DNA of 64,000 bases from an uncultured virus (IMG/VR IMGVR_UViG_3300044640_001869) (taxonomy: Duplodnaviria > Heunggongvirae > Uroviricota > Caudoviricetes). Positions 20,456-30,234 of the stretch are shown one piece after another. Location of the stretch: the IMG/VR virus record IMGVR_UViG_3300044640_001869, positions 62,001 through 126,000 of that record, one strand, 5' to 3'. The position numbers and the translations under genes are program-made. The number at the start of each line of letters is the position of its first letter. Position 1 is the stretch's first letter. The notes under the pieces are model-generated. The model was not told the origin of the DNA. It worked only from the letters and a program-made list of their open reading frames with translations, and searched no databases.

Positions 20456-20728
20456 ATGATTACGTTTCTAGAATATTTAATTAATCATAAATTTAAGTGT
20501 GACCTTGAACTCTTATACGGTGTGGGGTCAAAGGTAATGATTAATTCGTTTAAGTATTCTACAAATGATAAATTATTTGTTATTGACTGTAAATTAATCG
20601 TTGGGGACACCACTTTGGAGGACTTAAACGAACTATTGAGGGATGGTATGGACTTTATATTAGGTAAATGTTGGAGATTGACAGGTTATAAACAAAAAAT
20701 AATGGTTATATCATCAATGGACATTTGA
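20456..20728 (+). CDS. Hypothetical protein
   Basis: 90-aa ORF filling gap before the FKBP gene. Confidence 0.6.
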   Translation: MITFLEYLINHKFKCDLELLYGVGSKVMINSFKYSTNDKLFVIDCKLIVGDTTLEDLNELLRDGMDFILGKCWRLTGYKQKIMVISSMDI

Positions 20729-20773
20729 TTATTCTAAAATCTATAATTATACTTATATAAAATCTTAAATAAT

Positions 20774-21202
20774 ATGAAAAAAGTTGAAACAGGTGATACT
20801 ATTAAGGTTCACTACACAGGTAAATTACACGATGGGACTATTTTTGATTCATCATTAAACGAAGGTCGTGAACCACTTGAAGTTGTTTTAGGTGAAACCC
20901 CATTAATCCAAGGATTTGTTGATGGTTTATACGGAATGACAGTTGGTGAGAAAAAAACAGTTGAAATTGAATCTGATAACGCTTACGGGCAAGTTATGGA
21001 ACAATTGATTAGTGTTGTACCTAAAGAACAAGTTCCTGTAGGTGTTCAAGCTGGTGAACACTTACAAGCGATGGGACCAAACGGTCAACCAATTAACGTT
21101 CTTGTTACCGAAGTAACTGAAGACAATATTACAGTTGACGCTAATCACCCATTAGCTGGTAAAGATTTAATTTTTGAACTTGAATTAGTTGAGATTAAAT
21201 AA
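20774..21202 (+). CDS. FKBP-type peptidyl-prolyl isomerase (SlyD/FkpB-like)
   Basis: VHYTGKL.DGTIFDSS, DANHPLAGKDLIF. Confidence 0.92.
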   Translation: MKKVETGDTIKVHYTGKLHDGTIFDSSLNEGREPLEVVLGETPLIQGFVDGLYGMTVGEKKTVEIESDNAYGQVMEQLISVVPKEQVPVGVQAGEHLQAMGPNGQPINVLVTEVTEDNITVDANHPLAGKDLIFELELVEIK

Positions 21203-21230
21203 AAAAACCCCCTTAATTGGGGGTTTTTTT
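21201..21230. terminator. Bidirectional terminator
   Basis: A7-CCCCC-TTAATT-GGGGG-T7. Confidence 0.85.
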
Positions 21231-21615
21231 ATTCATACATATTTTCTACGTATTCGGGATATTTCTTTTCAAACATTTTAACTAATTGACCAGCATAAGC
21301 GTTAGCTTCATCTTCATTTTTACCTCCGATATCAGGACCAATTTCTCTTTTTTCAATACTATGTTGGTGTTCGTGAACCCATTCGTGAGCAATTGTTCTA
21401 AAAATATCACGAGTCATTCTATTTTGACATAACACTTTGATATAATTAGGTAATCGACTACCTGTTGTCATCTTATCTTTTCTTACACCTAAAAACTCAA
21501 TTTTTAAATCATCTTTTAGTGGGAATTTTTTTTGTAGTAGTTTGAAAAACTTATCAAACATTTTATGTTTTTTTTTATTAATTCCTGAATTATTATGTAC
21601 TACAGTTAATTTCAT
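21229..21615 (-). CDS. Small HExxH metallopeptidase-like protein
   Basis: RTIAHEWVH...EDEANAYAG. Confidence 0.7.
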   Translation of the reverse strand: MKLTVVHNNSGINKKKHKMFDKFFKLLQKKFPLKDDLKIEFLGVRKDKMTTGSRLPNYIKVLCQNRMTRDIFRTIAHEWVHEHQHSIEKREIGPDIGGKNEDEANAYAGQLVKMFEKKYPEYVENMYE

Positions 21616-21649
21616 TGTTTTTTAATATTTATATATAAATACAATAAAA

Positions 21650-22459
21650 ATGAAGAATAGAATTGTAATCACTGAATCAGAAAAACAACAGATAAAAAAT
21701 CAATATAATATCAATGAGAATTACGTTGAAGCGTTAATGAATTTATTTGCTAACAAATCAAAAACTACTGAAAAAAAAGATGATGAATCATCCGATGATA
21801 GTACATCAAATGACGACTATTTGGATACAAAGTCTACAGGGTCAGTTGATTCTAAATGGATGAAAGTAACCAAAAAAGTTATTGATAAGTTTGAAGGTGG
21901 TTATTGGAATGGGTCAACACCTAATAACAAAAAAACAAGTAAGTTAGGTATTTGTACTAATCACCCTGAAGGTAGTATGGGAGCTTCAACTGAAACTATG
22001 TTTGGTCTTGACAGATACAATGGTACTATTGAAAAAACACCTGAAGGTAAAGAATTTTTCAGACTAATAGATAAACAGAAAAAAGACCTTGGTATGGATA
22101 AATTCTGTAAAAAATGGAAATGGCTTTATAGAGGTGGTGATTTAGAAGATAAGTTAAAGACATTGGCGGCTAAGATAATGAAACAAAGTTATGATAGAAA
22201 TGCGGGTAATTACTTTTCACCTGAACTTAAAAAACGTGTTGAAAGTAATGACCGATTATTAATGCACTTTTCATATGCAAGTTGGAATGGTCCTGGGTTT
22301 TTCCAAAAATTCGCAAAAAGTTTAAATAATGCGGTTAAAGATGGTAAGTCTGATAAAGAATTATTAAAACAAGCAATTGCTGATAGAAAAAATACCGGAT
22401 TAATTAGACAAGAAAAAGTTGCCGCGGTATTAACTGACCCTAATTTAAATTTAGCATAA
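21650..22459 (+). CDS. Putative GH108-like muramidase with N-terminal leader
   Basis: MKNRIVITESE leader; VIDKFEGGY...ETMFGLD; SWNGPG. Confidence 0.5.
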   Translation: MKNRIVITESEKQQIKNQYNINENYVEALMNLFANKSKTTEKKDDESSDDSTSNDDYLDTKSTGSVDSKWMKVTKKVIDKFEGGYWNGSTPNNKKTSKLGICTNHPEGSMGASTETMFGLDRYNGTIEKTPEGKEFFRLIDKQKKDLGMDKFCKKWKWLYRGGDLEDKLKTLAAKIMKQSYDRNAGNYFSPELKKRVESNDRLLMHFSYASWNGPGFFQKFAKSLNNAVKDGKSDKELLKQAIADRKNTGLIRQEKVAAVLTDPNLNLA

Positions 22460-23568
22460 TGAGAAAGTATGTAATGAAAGAAGAAGTCGGAGTTCCAAAA
22501 GACATTGAGAAAGCCGGTGAAAAATTATATTATGATATTTTAAATAGTTTACAAAAAGTTGATAGCTCAACTGAAATTACCAATGAGATAAATGAAGTGA
22601 TTGATTTTAACACAAATTTAGTTATTGGTAATGAAAATAATCAATTAACTATAACTGATGTTAATTTAATTCTTGATTTTGTTGAATTGAATCATAATAA
22701 AGTTGTTCTAATGTCTGCGGGTTATAATCCCCGTCCGAGTGTTGACAGAAAACGTTGGATTTTAGTTAATAATAACGACCCTAAAGAATTATATATTAGA
22801 TTATCATTTGGTTATCCTGATGCTGATGTTCAAACTACTTATTTTTCAAAAATCATTGGTTATTATACTTCAAATTCAAGACAAATCATTTCAAGTTTAA
22901 CTCACGAATTAAAACACGCATATGATTTCTACGTTAAACCTAAAGAAAGTTTAAAAGATTTTTCTCATTATCTGGGAATTACTAGAGCTAATAGGTATAA
23001 TCTTAAATCCATTCAAGACTTTCTACATTTGTTATACTTGGCAACTGAAACTGAACTTTTAGTTAAACCAAGTGAAGTTTATTCTAAAATGACTTTAGAT
23101 GGTGTTAATAAAACTAATTTTCTTAATTTTTTATTAGAAGAAGAAACTTATATTGAATTTAAAAAGATGAGAGAATTTACTTATGAAAAACTTATTAACG
23201 ATATTGTCACCGAACTTGATGATGACTCTATTAACCCTAATAATGTGTTAAGGGGGGTCTATGTAAGTATGTCTCAAATTAAATTAGATACTATGACAGG
23301 TTACGTAAAAGATTTTTTTGAGGTAATGTTATCTAAATTGCAGGGTATTGATGATAAAAGCAATGAATTTATGGAGAAGTATTTTGAAGAATTAACGAAA
23401 TATCAAGATAACCCCTCAGAATATTTTAAACAACAAGTTAAACATCTAAACAGGGTTGGTAATTATATGATTAAAAAAATTGGTAAACTCTATTCAATCG
23501 CTAAAGAAGATTCAGAAACAGGTGATATAATAAGAAAAATATATAATAAAACAAACCCCCAAAAATAA
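22459..23568 (+). CDS. HExxH zincin-like protein
   Basis: LTHELKHAYD. Confidence 0.6.
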   Translation: MRKYVMKEEVGVPKDIEKAGEKLYYDILNSLQKVDSSTEITNEINEVIDFNTNLVIGNENNQLTITDVNLILDFVELNHNKVVLMSAGYNPRPSVDRKRWILVNNNDPKELYIRLSFGYPDADVQTTYFSKIIGYYTSNSRQIISSLTHELKHAYDFYVKPKESLKDFSHYLGITRANRYNLKSIQDFLHLLYLATETELLVKPSEVYSKMTLDGVNKTNFLNFLLEEETYIEFKKMREFTYEKLINDIVTELDDDSINPNNVLRGVYVSMSQIKLDTMTGYVKDFFEVMLSKLQGIDDKSNEFMEKYFEELTKYQDNPSEYFKQQVKHLNRVGNYMIKKIGKLYSIAKEDSETGDIIRKIYNKTNPQK

Positions 23569-23581
23569 TGGGGGTTTTTTT
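23553..23581. terminator. Bidirectional terminator
   Basis: AAACCCCCA...TGGGGGTTTTT. Confidence 0.75.
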
Positions 23582-24134
23582 ATTTCATATCATCAATATA
23601 AAGAAATTGTTCATCCTTACGAAATCTTTTGTGGATAACAACATATATACAACCATATCGTCCACTTTTACTTTTTAATTGAACGTATGTCACAACAATT
23701 TTAGTAACACCATCATTATTAAATCGTTTAACTAACTCACAATCGGATAATAATTCTGTAATAATTGAATGTTTACAACTATAACAAGTGTTCTCAACTT
23801 CTTTATAAAACAAATTAGTTGTAGAATCAATAGTTATGTTATTTACCATATAACTTAATGTTTTCATAACTAATTTTTTGTTAACACTTTTACCTTTAAC
23901 AAATAAATTAGTTAATGTGTCTGACAAATAAAAATTTATATTTATATCAGTTGTTATTTGAATATAATTACCATTTTGGAGACATTCAAAAGCTTCCTCA
24001 GATTCCACTTCATAATCACTAGTTGTTATAATAGTATTATTAACGTTATAACTGTATTTATAAAATCTTTCATACACAACATCTTGCGAAAAAATTGTCG
24101 AACTAATCAACAATAAAAAAATTAACAACTTCAT
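23580..24134 (-). CDS. Secreted hypothetical protein
   Basis: Signal peptide ending FSQ (Bacteroidota-like Q at +1). Confidence 0.65.
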   Translation of the reverse strand: MKLLIFLLLISSTIFSQDVVYERFYKYSYNVNNTIITTSDYEVESEEAFECLQNGNYIQITTDININFYLSDTLTNLFVKGKSVNKKLVMKTLSYMVNNITIDSTTNLFYKEVENTCYSCKHSIITELLSDCELVKRFNNDGVTKIVVTYVQLKSKSGRYGCIYVVIHKRFRKDEQFLYIDDMK

Positions 24135-24135
24135 A

Positions 24136-24432
24136 TTAAAAAATTAAACCGTCAATACCTAAAAACTCACATATCTTACCTAACTCAGGTTTCATACTAA
24201 TTGGGTAAATATCGTATTTTAAATCTCTACCTTCGGAATCAATTAAACTAAGTTTCCCACTAACATAATTGTATATGTTTTTGTCGTTTAAGATTGCTAT
24301 TAACTCTTGATGTTCGTCAATCATCATATAACCATCTTGTGTTTTAAACGTTTTTAAAATAGGGCCCTCTGAATTCAACAATTCAATACTTGGGAATTTC
24401 TTTTTCAACAAACTTACTTCTTTCTTCTTCAT
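24136..24432 (-). CDS. Hypothetical protein
   Basis: 98-aa ORF in operon. Confidence 0.65.
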   Translation of the reverse strand: MKKKEVSLLKKKFPSIELLNSEGPILKTFKTQDGYMMIDEHQELIAILNDKNIYNYVSGKLSLIDSEGRDLKYDIYPISMKPELGKICEFLGIDGLIF

Positions 24433-24435
24433 AGT

Positions 24436-24669
24436 TTAACTTATTATTTTGATTTCACTTTCTGTTTCTATTACCACTCTTGCACCACAACTTAATATGG
24501 GTTTTTTATCCCCACTACCACAATATATTATCTTACTTGGACCAAGTATCTCAACTTCATTACAATACGTGTTCTTACGTCCTTGTTTTATCGTTATTAC
24601 CGGTAAATCGGTATCTTTTGTCTTATTTGACCTGATATGATGTTGATTAACGTGAATCCTCGTCTTCAT
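24436..24669 (-). CDS. Conserved small phage protein
   Basis: IHVNQHHIRSN...PVITIK...LSCGARVVIET. Confidence 0.75.
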   Translation of the reverse strand: MKTRIHVNQHHIRSNKTKDTDLPVITIKQGRKNTYCNEVEILGPSKIIYCGSGDKKPILSCGARVVIETESEIKIIS

Positions 24670-24692
24670 ATATTCAAATATAAGAAATTAAT

Positions 24693-25523
24693 TTAACTAA
24701 TTCTTTTAATTATGTCTTTTATTCTTGAACATATTTCAACCGCGATTGGAATAGACATTAATGATATTAAAAATTGATTAATATATGAAAACATTGCTAT
24801 AGCTTGTCCTTGACTTAAATTCGTTTTACTATGTGTAAACACAATTAAACAAATTATTAAAAAAGACCCCTTAATAACATTCATTGATACCCAATTTTTG
24901 GCTTGTAATGTTGAATTGAATATAACTAAGTCTCTTCTTCGTTTTAAGAACTGATTAATACTCTGTTCATCTTCACTATTAATAACATCAATTTTACGTT
25001 CATAGTGTGAATTACTAACCCTAATCCCTTGAGCAATCTTTTTATACAAAAAATAAACAACAAAACTAATCGGAATGAATGCGAAAAAAACAATAAACCC
25101 TGTTAATATATGTTCAAACAATATAAAAAACAAAGAACCAATAATTGACACAAATGACATTATGATATATTGAACATCGTTCTCCATAAAATTAATTATG
25201 TTTTGAGCCATTTCAGTTCTTGCATTTCTTGAAGATTTGTCAGATGTTTTATCTGACTCAAGATATTCAATAACCAAATTATTATAAATTTTACTATAAA
25301 CTTTGGTATCAAAGACCATTCTTCTGTATATGAAAAAATTCGCAAAAATCTCAACAGATATTAACACGTATACCCACATATAATCTTTATGGATTAAACC
25401 ATCAATTGTTTTACCAATAATGTATGGTTCACATAAAAAAATAGAATGTGCTACTAACATATAAACATATATTATCAGTAGAGAAGATTTATTATTCTTA
25501 AATATGTTAATTAAAAACTTCAT
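24693..25523 (-). CDS. ABC-transporter-like six-TM domain protein (no ATPase)
   Basis: PYIIGKTIDG, RRMVFDTKVY, multiple TM helices. Confidence 0.65.
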   Translation of the reverse strand: MKFLINIFKNNKSSLLIIYVYMLVAHSIFLCEPYIIGKTIDGLIHKDYMWVYVLISVEIFANFFIYRRMVFDTKVYSKIYNNLVIEYLESDKTSDKSSRNARTEMAQNIINFMENDVQYIIMSFVSIIGSLFFILFEHILTGFIVFFAFIPISFVVYFLYKKIAQGIRVSNSHYERKIDVINSEDEQSINQFLKRRRDLVIFNSTLQAKNWVSMNVIKGSFLIICLIVFTHSKTNLSQGQAIAMFSYINQFLISLMSIPIAVEICSRIKDIIKRIS

Positions 25524-26759
25524 TTAGTTTGACAGTGGGGCTTTAATTGTTGGATGTGATTGGTAATTTTTAATAGTAAACATATCTATTTCTAATTTAT
25601 CTAAATCATAATCTAAAATACCAGGGTGAATATCCAATTTAGGTAATTCAAATGGAACTCTTGTTCGTGTTGGGATACCGAACTCATCACATACTTTTGT
25701 GAATTCATCATCACTCATACCTTCTTGTAATTTACTTAAATCCAATTTATGGTTTTCATAACACATACAAACTCTTTCATCAACCCTTAACTCTCTACCA
25801 ATCTGTTCTTTGGCTTGTTCAATATGGTCTAAGTATAAGTGAGTATCACCTAAGTTTCCGATTAATTGGTCGGGAACCATATTAACAGCTTTAGCTATGA
25901 TTTCAAGTAATAAACCATATGATGCAATGTTGAATGGTAAACCTAAGAATGTATCTACAGAACGTTGATTCCACATTAAAGAGATTGCTCGTTTAGGAAT
26001 ATTGTTCATAGTTAATATCTCTTGAACTGTATTAGTTATTTTCTCATCTTCATATCCTTTTGGGTTATGCAGTTTAACAAATAACTTAATTCTTTCCTCA
26101 TCACTCAACTCTCTAGTATAAACTTGAAATCCATAATGACAAGGTGGTAAAGTCATTTGGTCCAATTCACCTACATTCCACGCATTAACCATCAATCGTC
26201 TTGAGTCTGGGTTTGTTTTAAGTTCGTTGATTAAGATAGAGATTTGGTCAATAACTGTTTGGTCCATTTCATCAAAGATTTTTTCATATGAACCATCCGT
26301 AGATAAATACATTTTCTTTTTAGTCCATCTTCTCCATTGCTTACCATACACGGGACCTAATTCACCCCACTTCTTAGCAAACTCTGTATCTGTTTTGATT
26401 TTGTTGATGAACCATTCTTTTATATTTACCATATGACTAGCATCACTAATCATTTGTTCATCTGCGTTTGGATTATGTTTTATGTAGTTAGCAAAACAAT
26501 CACCATCCCAAATATGACAATCATTATCAACAAGGAATTTGATGTTTGTATCACCACGTAAGAACCATAACAATTCAGTTACAATTCCTTTGAAAAACAT
26601 TTTCTTAGTAGTTAACAATGGAAACCCATCTTTCATATTATGACGGATTGTATAACCAAAAATGGATTTAGTTCCCGTTCCTGTTCTATCTTTCTTTTCA
26701 ACCCCATAATCTAATATGGTTTGAAGTAAATCTGTGTATTGTTTATCTAAACTATTCAT
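25524..26759 (-). CDS. thyA: Thymidylate synthase (with insertions)
   Basis: DRTGTGT, FPLLTTK, ELLWFL, LGPVYG.QWR, LPPCH, QRSVD.FLGLPFNIASY; start at MNSLDKQY. Confidence 0.96.
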   Translation of the reverse strand: MNSLDKQYTDLLQTILDYGVEKKDRTGTGTKSIFGYTIRHNMKDGFPLLTTKKMFFKGIVTELLWFLRGDTNIKFLVDNDCHIWDGDCFANYIKHNPNADEQMISDASHMVNIKEWFINKIKTDTEFAKKWGELGPVYGKQWRRWTKKKMYLSTDGSYEKIFDEMDQTVIDQISILINELKTNPDSRRLMVNAWNVGELDQMTLPPCHYGFQVYTRELSDEERIKLFVKLHNPKGYEDEKITNTVQEILTMNNIPKRAISLMWNQRSVDTFLGLPFNIASYGLLLEIIAKAVNMVPDQLIGNLGDTHLYLDHIEQAKEQIGRELRVDERVCMCYENHKLDLSKLQEGMSDDEFTKVCDEFGIPTRTRVPFELPKLDIHPGILDYDLDKLEIDMFTIKNYQSHPTIKAPLSN

Positions 26760-26760
26760 T

Positions 26761-27402
26761 TTATTTTTTCTTTTTTTTGGTTTCAGAATAAACACCTAAT
26801 GAATATCCTAACATCATTTCAAGTTTTTCTAAACTAGTGTCAGTTTTCACAGGTTTATCGTTATTATAATATATTGAACAAATAACCACTTTTTTTTGTG
26901 ATAAACTATAAACTACTTTCCAACAAATTGAAGGGATTTTCATTCCGTTTACAACAACATTTGGTGTTCCCCAATATCCACCACTATAAACAATCAATGA
27001 ATCTGTTTGAGACATTTTCCTAATTTGGGTTTCAGTTACTTTCCAAATCCCTCTATTAAGTTTTCTTGTTTGTGGTAATCTATTATAATCTCTAAAAGTT
27101 AAAGAATCAAGATGACAGTCGTAAGCAAAGTCCTCGGCATTAGCCAAATGTCCTTTATCGTATAGAGTCCCTTTATATTGATTCTCATCAACTAATTTTA
27201 GTTTTGTATCGTTCACCCAATTGGTGGCTCTTTGACACTTACCACCACCTTTATATAGTTTGTGTTTAACATATAAGGCTTGACCCAATTCTTTATTAAC
27301 GTAAGACGTGTAAGCCTCGTTTATAATTGTTGTGTCAACTTTATATTGACCTAATAATGGTAAACTTACCATTAAACATAATACTAAAAAAAATCTCTTC
27401 AT
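26761..27402 (-). CDS. Secreted DNA/RNA non-specific endonuclease
   Basis: Signal peptide; YDKGHLA, PQ..LNRGIWK..E, IP..CWKV. Confidence 0.85.
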   Translation of the reverse strand: MKRFFLVLCLMVSLPLLGQYKVDTTIINEAYTSYVNKELGQALYVKHKLYKGGGKCQRATNWVNDTKLKLVDENQYKGTLYDKGHLANAEDFAYDCHLDSLTFRDYNRLPQTRKLNRGIWKVTETQIRKMSQTDSLIVYSGGYWGTPNVVVNGMKIPSICWKVVYSLSQKKVVICSIYYNNDKPVKTDTSLEKLEMMLGYSLGVYSETKKKKK

Positions 27403-27663
27403 TTATTTTGTTTCTTCAATTGTGTATTGTCCACAAATAATAACTCTTTTATGGTCTTCGTTAATCATACTAATACAAGAATTATCAATTACCTTATACG
27501 CTATTGCGTGATATTGGTATTTATGTGAATCTACAATTAAATACTTACAATGATTGTATTTGTTTTCTTCGTGTTTAACAATAAAAACAACACCTAATAT
27601 CATTAATATCATAATGATAATACCAGCTATAGCATCATATCTACTCATATAACCACCATTCAT
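27403..27663 (-). CDS. Small membrane-anchored protein
   Basis: N-terminal TM. Confidence 0.6.
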   Translation of the reverse strand: MNGGYMSRYDAIAGIIIMILMILGVVFIVKHEENKYNHCKYLIVDSHKYQYHAIAYKVIDNSCISMINEDHKRVIICGQYTIEETK

Positions 27664-27962
27664 AATAAATCAGTTATTAATTTAACAACTTCACTCTTGT
27701 ATCCACCGATAGTCCATTCAGTTATGGATTCGATATTTGGGTTACCATATTTAGCACCGTTCTTGTAATTGTATATTTCACCAACCTGACCGTTGTCAAA
27801 TTCTATTTTCCAACTAACATCGGTTTTACCATCAGCACTTCCTTTACCGGGTTCACCAAATAACTCAACTAATTTATCGTAAGTTGTCACTAATTCACCT
27901 TTGTGGGATGCACCATTAACATTGATGTATTCGTCGTTATGTGTTCTATAGTTCATATTCAT
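27660..27962 (-). CDS. Conserved phage hypothetical protein
   Basis: YDKLVELFGEP...DGKTDVSW...IYNYK...WTIGG. Confidence 0.75.
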   Translation of the reverse strand: MNMNYRTHNDEYINVNGASHKGELVTTYDKLVELFGEPGKGSADGKTDVSWKIEFDNGQVGEIYNYKNGAKYGNPNIESITEWTIGGYKSEVVKLITDLL

Positions 27963-28039
27963 TTGTTTTTATTTACAATATTAATCAAAAAACCCCAAAC
28001 TAAAAATAATTTGGGGTTAAATTTTTTATATCCATAATA

Positions 28040-28462
28040 TTATAGAATATTTGAATTTTGTCTTGTTGTGTAAAGTATAGGTGTAACATTAGTTATATTA
28101 TAGGATTCTTCCAACCATTGAGTAATAGCCTGACCACACTGACCTGGGTAGTTAAGTTCAAAAGTATCTTCTAAAAACCAAACTAAATTAGCATAACTTA
28201 CAAATATCCTTTTGTATTCTAAACTTTCATCTAATACCATATAATTATCACCTTCTTGATATCTAAATAAGGTTAAATTCTCATCTTTTTCTGATTGAAC
28301 CACATCCAAATCATCAAATAGATGTAAGAAATCCATTGGGGTTTCTATATTGAAAACTTTACGAAAGTTCTCACCACTATTACCAAGTAGTTTAAATACT
28401 TTAACAGTTCCATTTTTTTTAAGAACTTTCTCTAATTTATTTTCTGTTATTAATACTTTCAT
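28040..28462 (-). CDS. PMDFLHLFDDL-family paralog 1
   Basis: MKVLITENKL leader; shared core with 28486, 28894, 42659, 43083. Confidence 0.8.
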   Translation of the reverse strand: MKVLITENKLEKVLKKNGTVKVFKLLGNSGENFRKVFNIETPMDFLHLFDDLDVVQSEKDENLTLFRYQEGDNYMVLDESLEYKRIFVSYANLVWFLEDTFELNYPGQCGQAITQWLEESYNITNVTPILYTTRQNSNIL

Positions 28463-28471
28463 AATTTCATT

Positions 28472-28546
28472 TTAAATTGTTGACCTCACCTAACTGTGAA
28501 GAGGTTGAAAATTGTAACCCCCCTTAAATTGTAAACCTCATCCAAC
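28472..28546 (+). repeat. Partial repeat + 16-bp insert + 36-bp repeat at gene 3' end
   Basis: TTAAATTGTTGACCTCACCTAAC (28472-94); ATTGTAACCCCCCTTAAATTGTAAACCTCATCCAAC (28511-46). Confidence 0.75.
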
Positions 28547-28884
28547 CACACCTTTATAAGTGATTGAATATCATTAAAGTTAAGGTGGAATCCCCACCCT
28601 CCCAAAAACGACCATATTTCATCACCATTGATGTAAACAACCTTTTTTTTTCTATCGTAAACCATATAATTATAACCTTTTTTGTTACGAAATAATGTTT
28701 GATTTTTATATTCTTCAGATTGAACTTGTTCTAAGTCATCAAATAGATGTAAGAAGTCCATCGGACTTTCAATATTAAATAGTTCACAAAAATTATCCCA
28801 ACCGCCTAACATATGAACAGTTTTTTTACTTCCTAATTGTTTAAGAACTTTCTCTAATTTATTTTCTGTTATTATTATTTTCAT
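28486..28884 (-). CDS. PMDFLHLFDDL-family paralog 2
   Basis: MKIIITENKL; ends WLDEVYNLRGVT + variable tail. Confidence 0.8.
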   Translation of the reverse strand: MKIIITENKLEKVLKQLGSKKTVHMLGGWDNFCELFNIESPMDFLHLFDDLEQVQSEEYKNQTLFRNKKGYNYMVYDRKKKVVYINGDEIWSFLGGWGFHLNFNDIQSLIKVWLDEVYNLRGVTIFNLFTVR

Positions 28885-28893
28885 ACTCTTATT

Positions 28894-28981
28894 TTAAATT
28901 GTAGACCTCATCCAACTCGACACATTGGAGAAAAAAGACCAATCAGTTGTGACCCCCCTTAAATTGTAGACCTCATCCAAC
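28894..28981 (+). repeat. Partial repeat + 29-bp spacer + 36-bp GTTG...CAAC repeat
   Basis: TTAAATTGTAGACCTCATCCAAC exact at 28894-916 and 28959-981; full unit GTTGTGACCCCCCTTAAATTGTAGACCTCATCCAAC 28946-981. Confidence 0.85.
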
Positions 28982-29316
28982 CAATCCTGTGTAATTCTTT
29001 GAGTCTCATAATAACTAAGACCAAATTTATCATCCAAAAATGACCATATTTCATAATAATTGATATGAACTACCTCATTTTTTCTATCGTAAACCATTAA
29101 GTTTTCACCTTTTTTATAACGAAATAACGTCCAATTTTCTTTTTTTTCAGATTTAACTTGTTCCAAATCATCAAACAGATGTAAGAAGTCCATTAATGTT
29201 TCAATATTTAATACTTCGCAAAAGTTTTCCCAACCACCTAATAGTTTAATAGTTTTCCCAACTCCGGTTTGTTTAAGGACGTTTTTTACTTTATTTTCTG
29301 TTATTAATATTTTCAT
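28894..29316 (-). CDS. PMDFLHLFDDL-family paralog 3
   Basis: MKILITENKV; ends WLDEVYNLRGVTT + variable tail. Confidence 0.8.
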   Translation of the reverse strand: MKILITENKVKNVLKQTGVGKTIKLLGGWENFCEVLNIETLMDFLHLFDDLEQVKSEKKENWTLFRYKKGENLMVYDRKNEVVHINYYEIWSFLDDKFGLSYYETQRITQDWLDEVYNLRGVTTDWSFFSNVSSWMRSTI

Positions 29317-29318
29317 AA

Positions 29319-30230
29319 TTAAGGTAGAATTGATACACGTAATTTAAATTTCAAACCTATATTATTTCGTAATTTAATTAAACGATTATAAATTATTGTT
29401 TTAAAGGATGGATGAGTATCATCTTCATCATCATTTAATTTATAACCATGCCAGAATTTCATAAGGTTTCTATTACTCATATGTCTACGTGTTTCATCAC
29501 CATAATTTGTAAAAACCTCAAATTCTTCATCTGACTCACCCATAGATTCAATATCAATATAAACCTTTATTCCCCATTCATCGGATTCTAGAAATTTAAT
29601 TTTCATTCTTGGGTTTAAGTCGGTATAGTCGGTATAAGGATTTCCGGGTTTATTTTCTAAATGTTTAATAACCGCAACCATTTTTTTGTAACCACTATCT
29701 TCATCCGTTTTTGGATTTTTGAATACGTGAATACTTTCTCTAATCAAACCTTCCCACTTACCTGTCTTATCAAGTAATTCGAAAGCTTCATTATCATCTA
29801 TAACATCATAACCTGGCCAAGTATATGGTTTACCATTGAATGATTTAATATATAGATTTTGATGTGATGGTAGATTTTCAACGTCATAAATTTCAAATCC
29901 GTGGTCATCGGCAACTGCACCAAACCATTTTTTTAATTCATATATCTCTTCACCTGATAGATTACTAAAATCAACTTTCATATCAACAATTAATTCAACA
30001 AAATCATCATCTATAATATCATAATCCAATATGTAAAAATCGAAATACGCATCAGGGTGACTAGCAGATGTCGCATATGATACACTACAACTACCTTTAA
30101 ATTGTTCTTTAATACTATCTGACCCTGGTATAGTTTCTAACAACTTCAAAAACTTTTCAACACCACCAAAATACTTTGCAGCCTTAAAAGGACCAACCTT
30201 TTCAATTATTTTGTAAATCTTTTCTCTCAT
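29319..30230 (-). CDS. Hypothetical protein with GxxKxxxxxGG module
   Basis: GPFKAAKYFGGVEKF; internal LIRES junction. Confidence 0.75.
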   Translation of the reverse strand: MREKIYKIIEKVGPFKAAKYFGGVEKFLKLLETIPGSDSIKEQFKGSCSVSYATSASHPDAYFDFYILDYDIIDDDFVELIVDMKVDFSNLSGEEIYELKKWFGAVADDHGFEIYDVENLPSHQNLYIKSFNGKPYTWPGYDVIDDNEAFELLDKTGKWEGLIRESIHVFKNPKTDEDSGYKKMVAVIKHLENKPGNPYTDYTDLNPRMKIKFLESDEWGIKVYIDIESMGESDEEFEVFTNYGDETRRHMSNRNLMKFWHGYKLNDDEDDTHPSFKTIIYNRLIKLRNNIGLKFKLRVSILP

Positions 30231-30234
30231 AAAC

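Noticed and set aside
25524..26759. Intein or intron in thyA
   Set aside because: Frame continuous, insertions short and dispersed, no intein terminal or homing endonuclease motifs.
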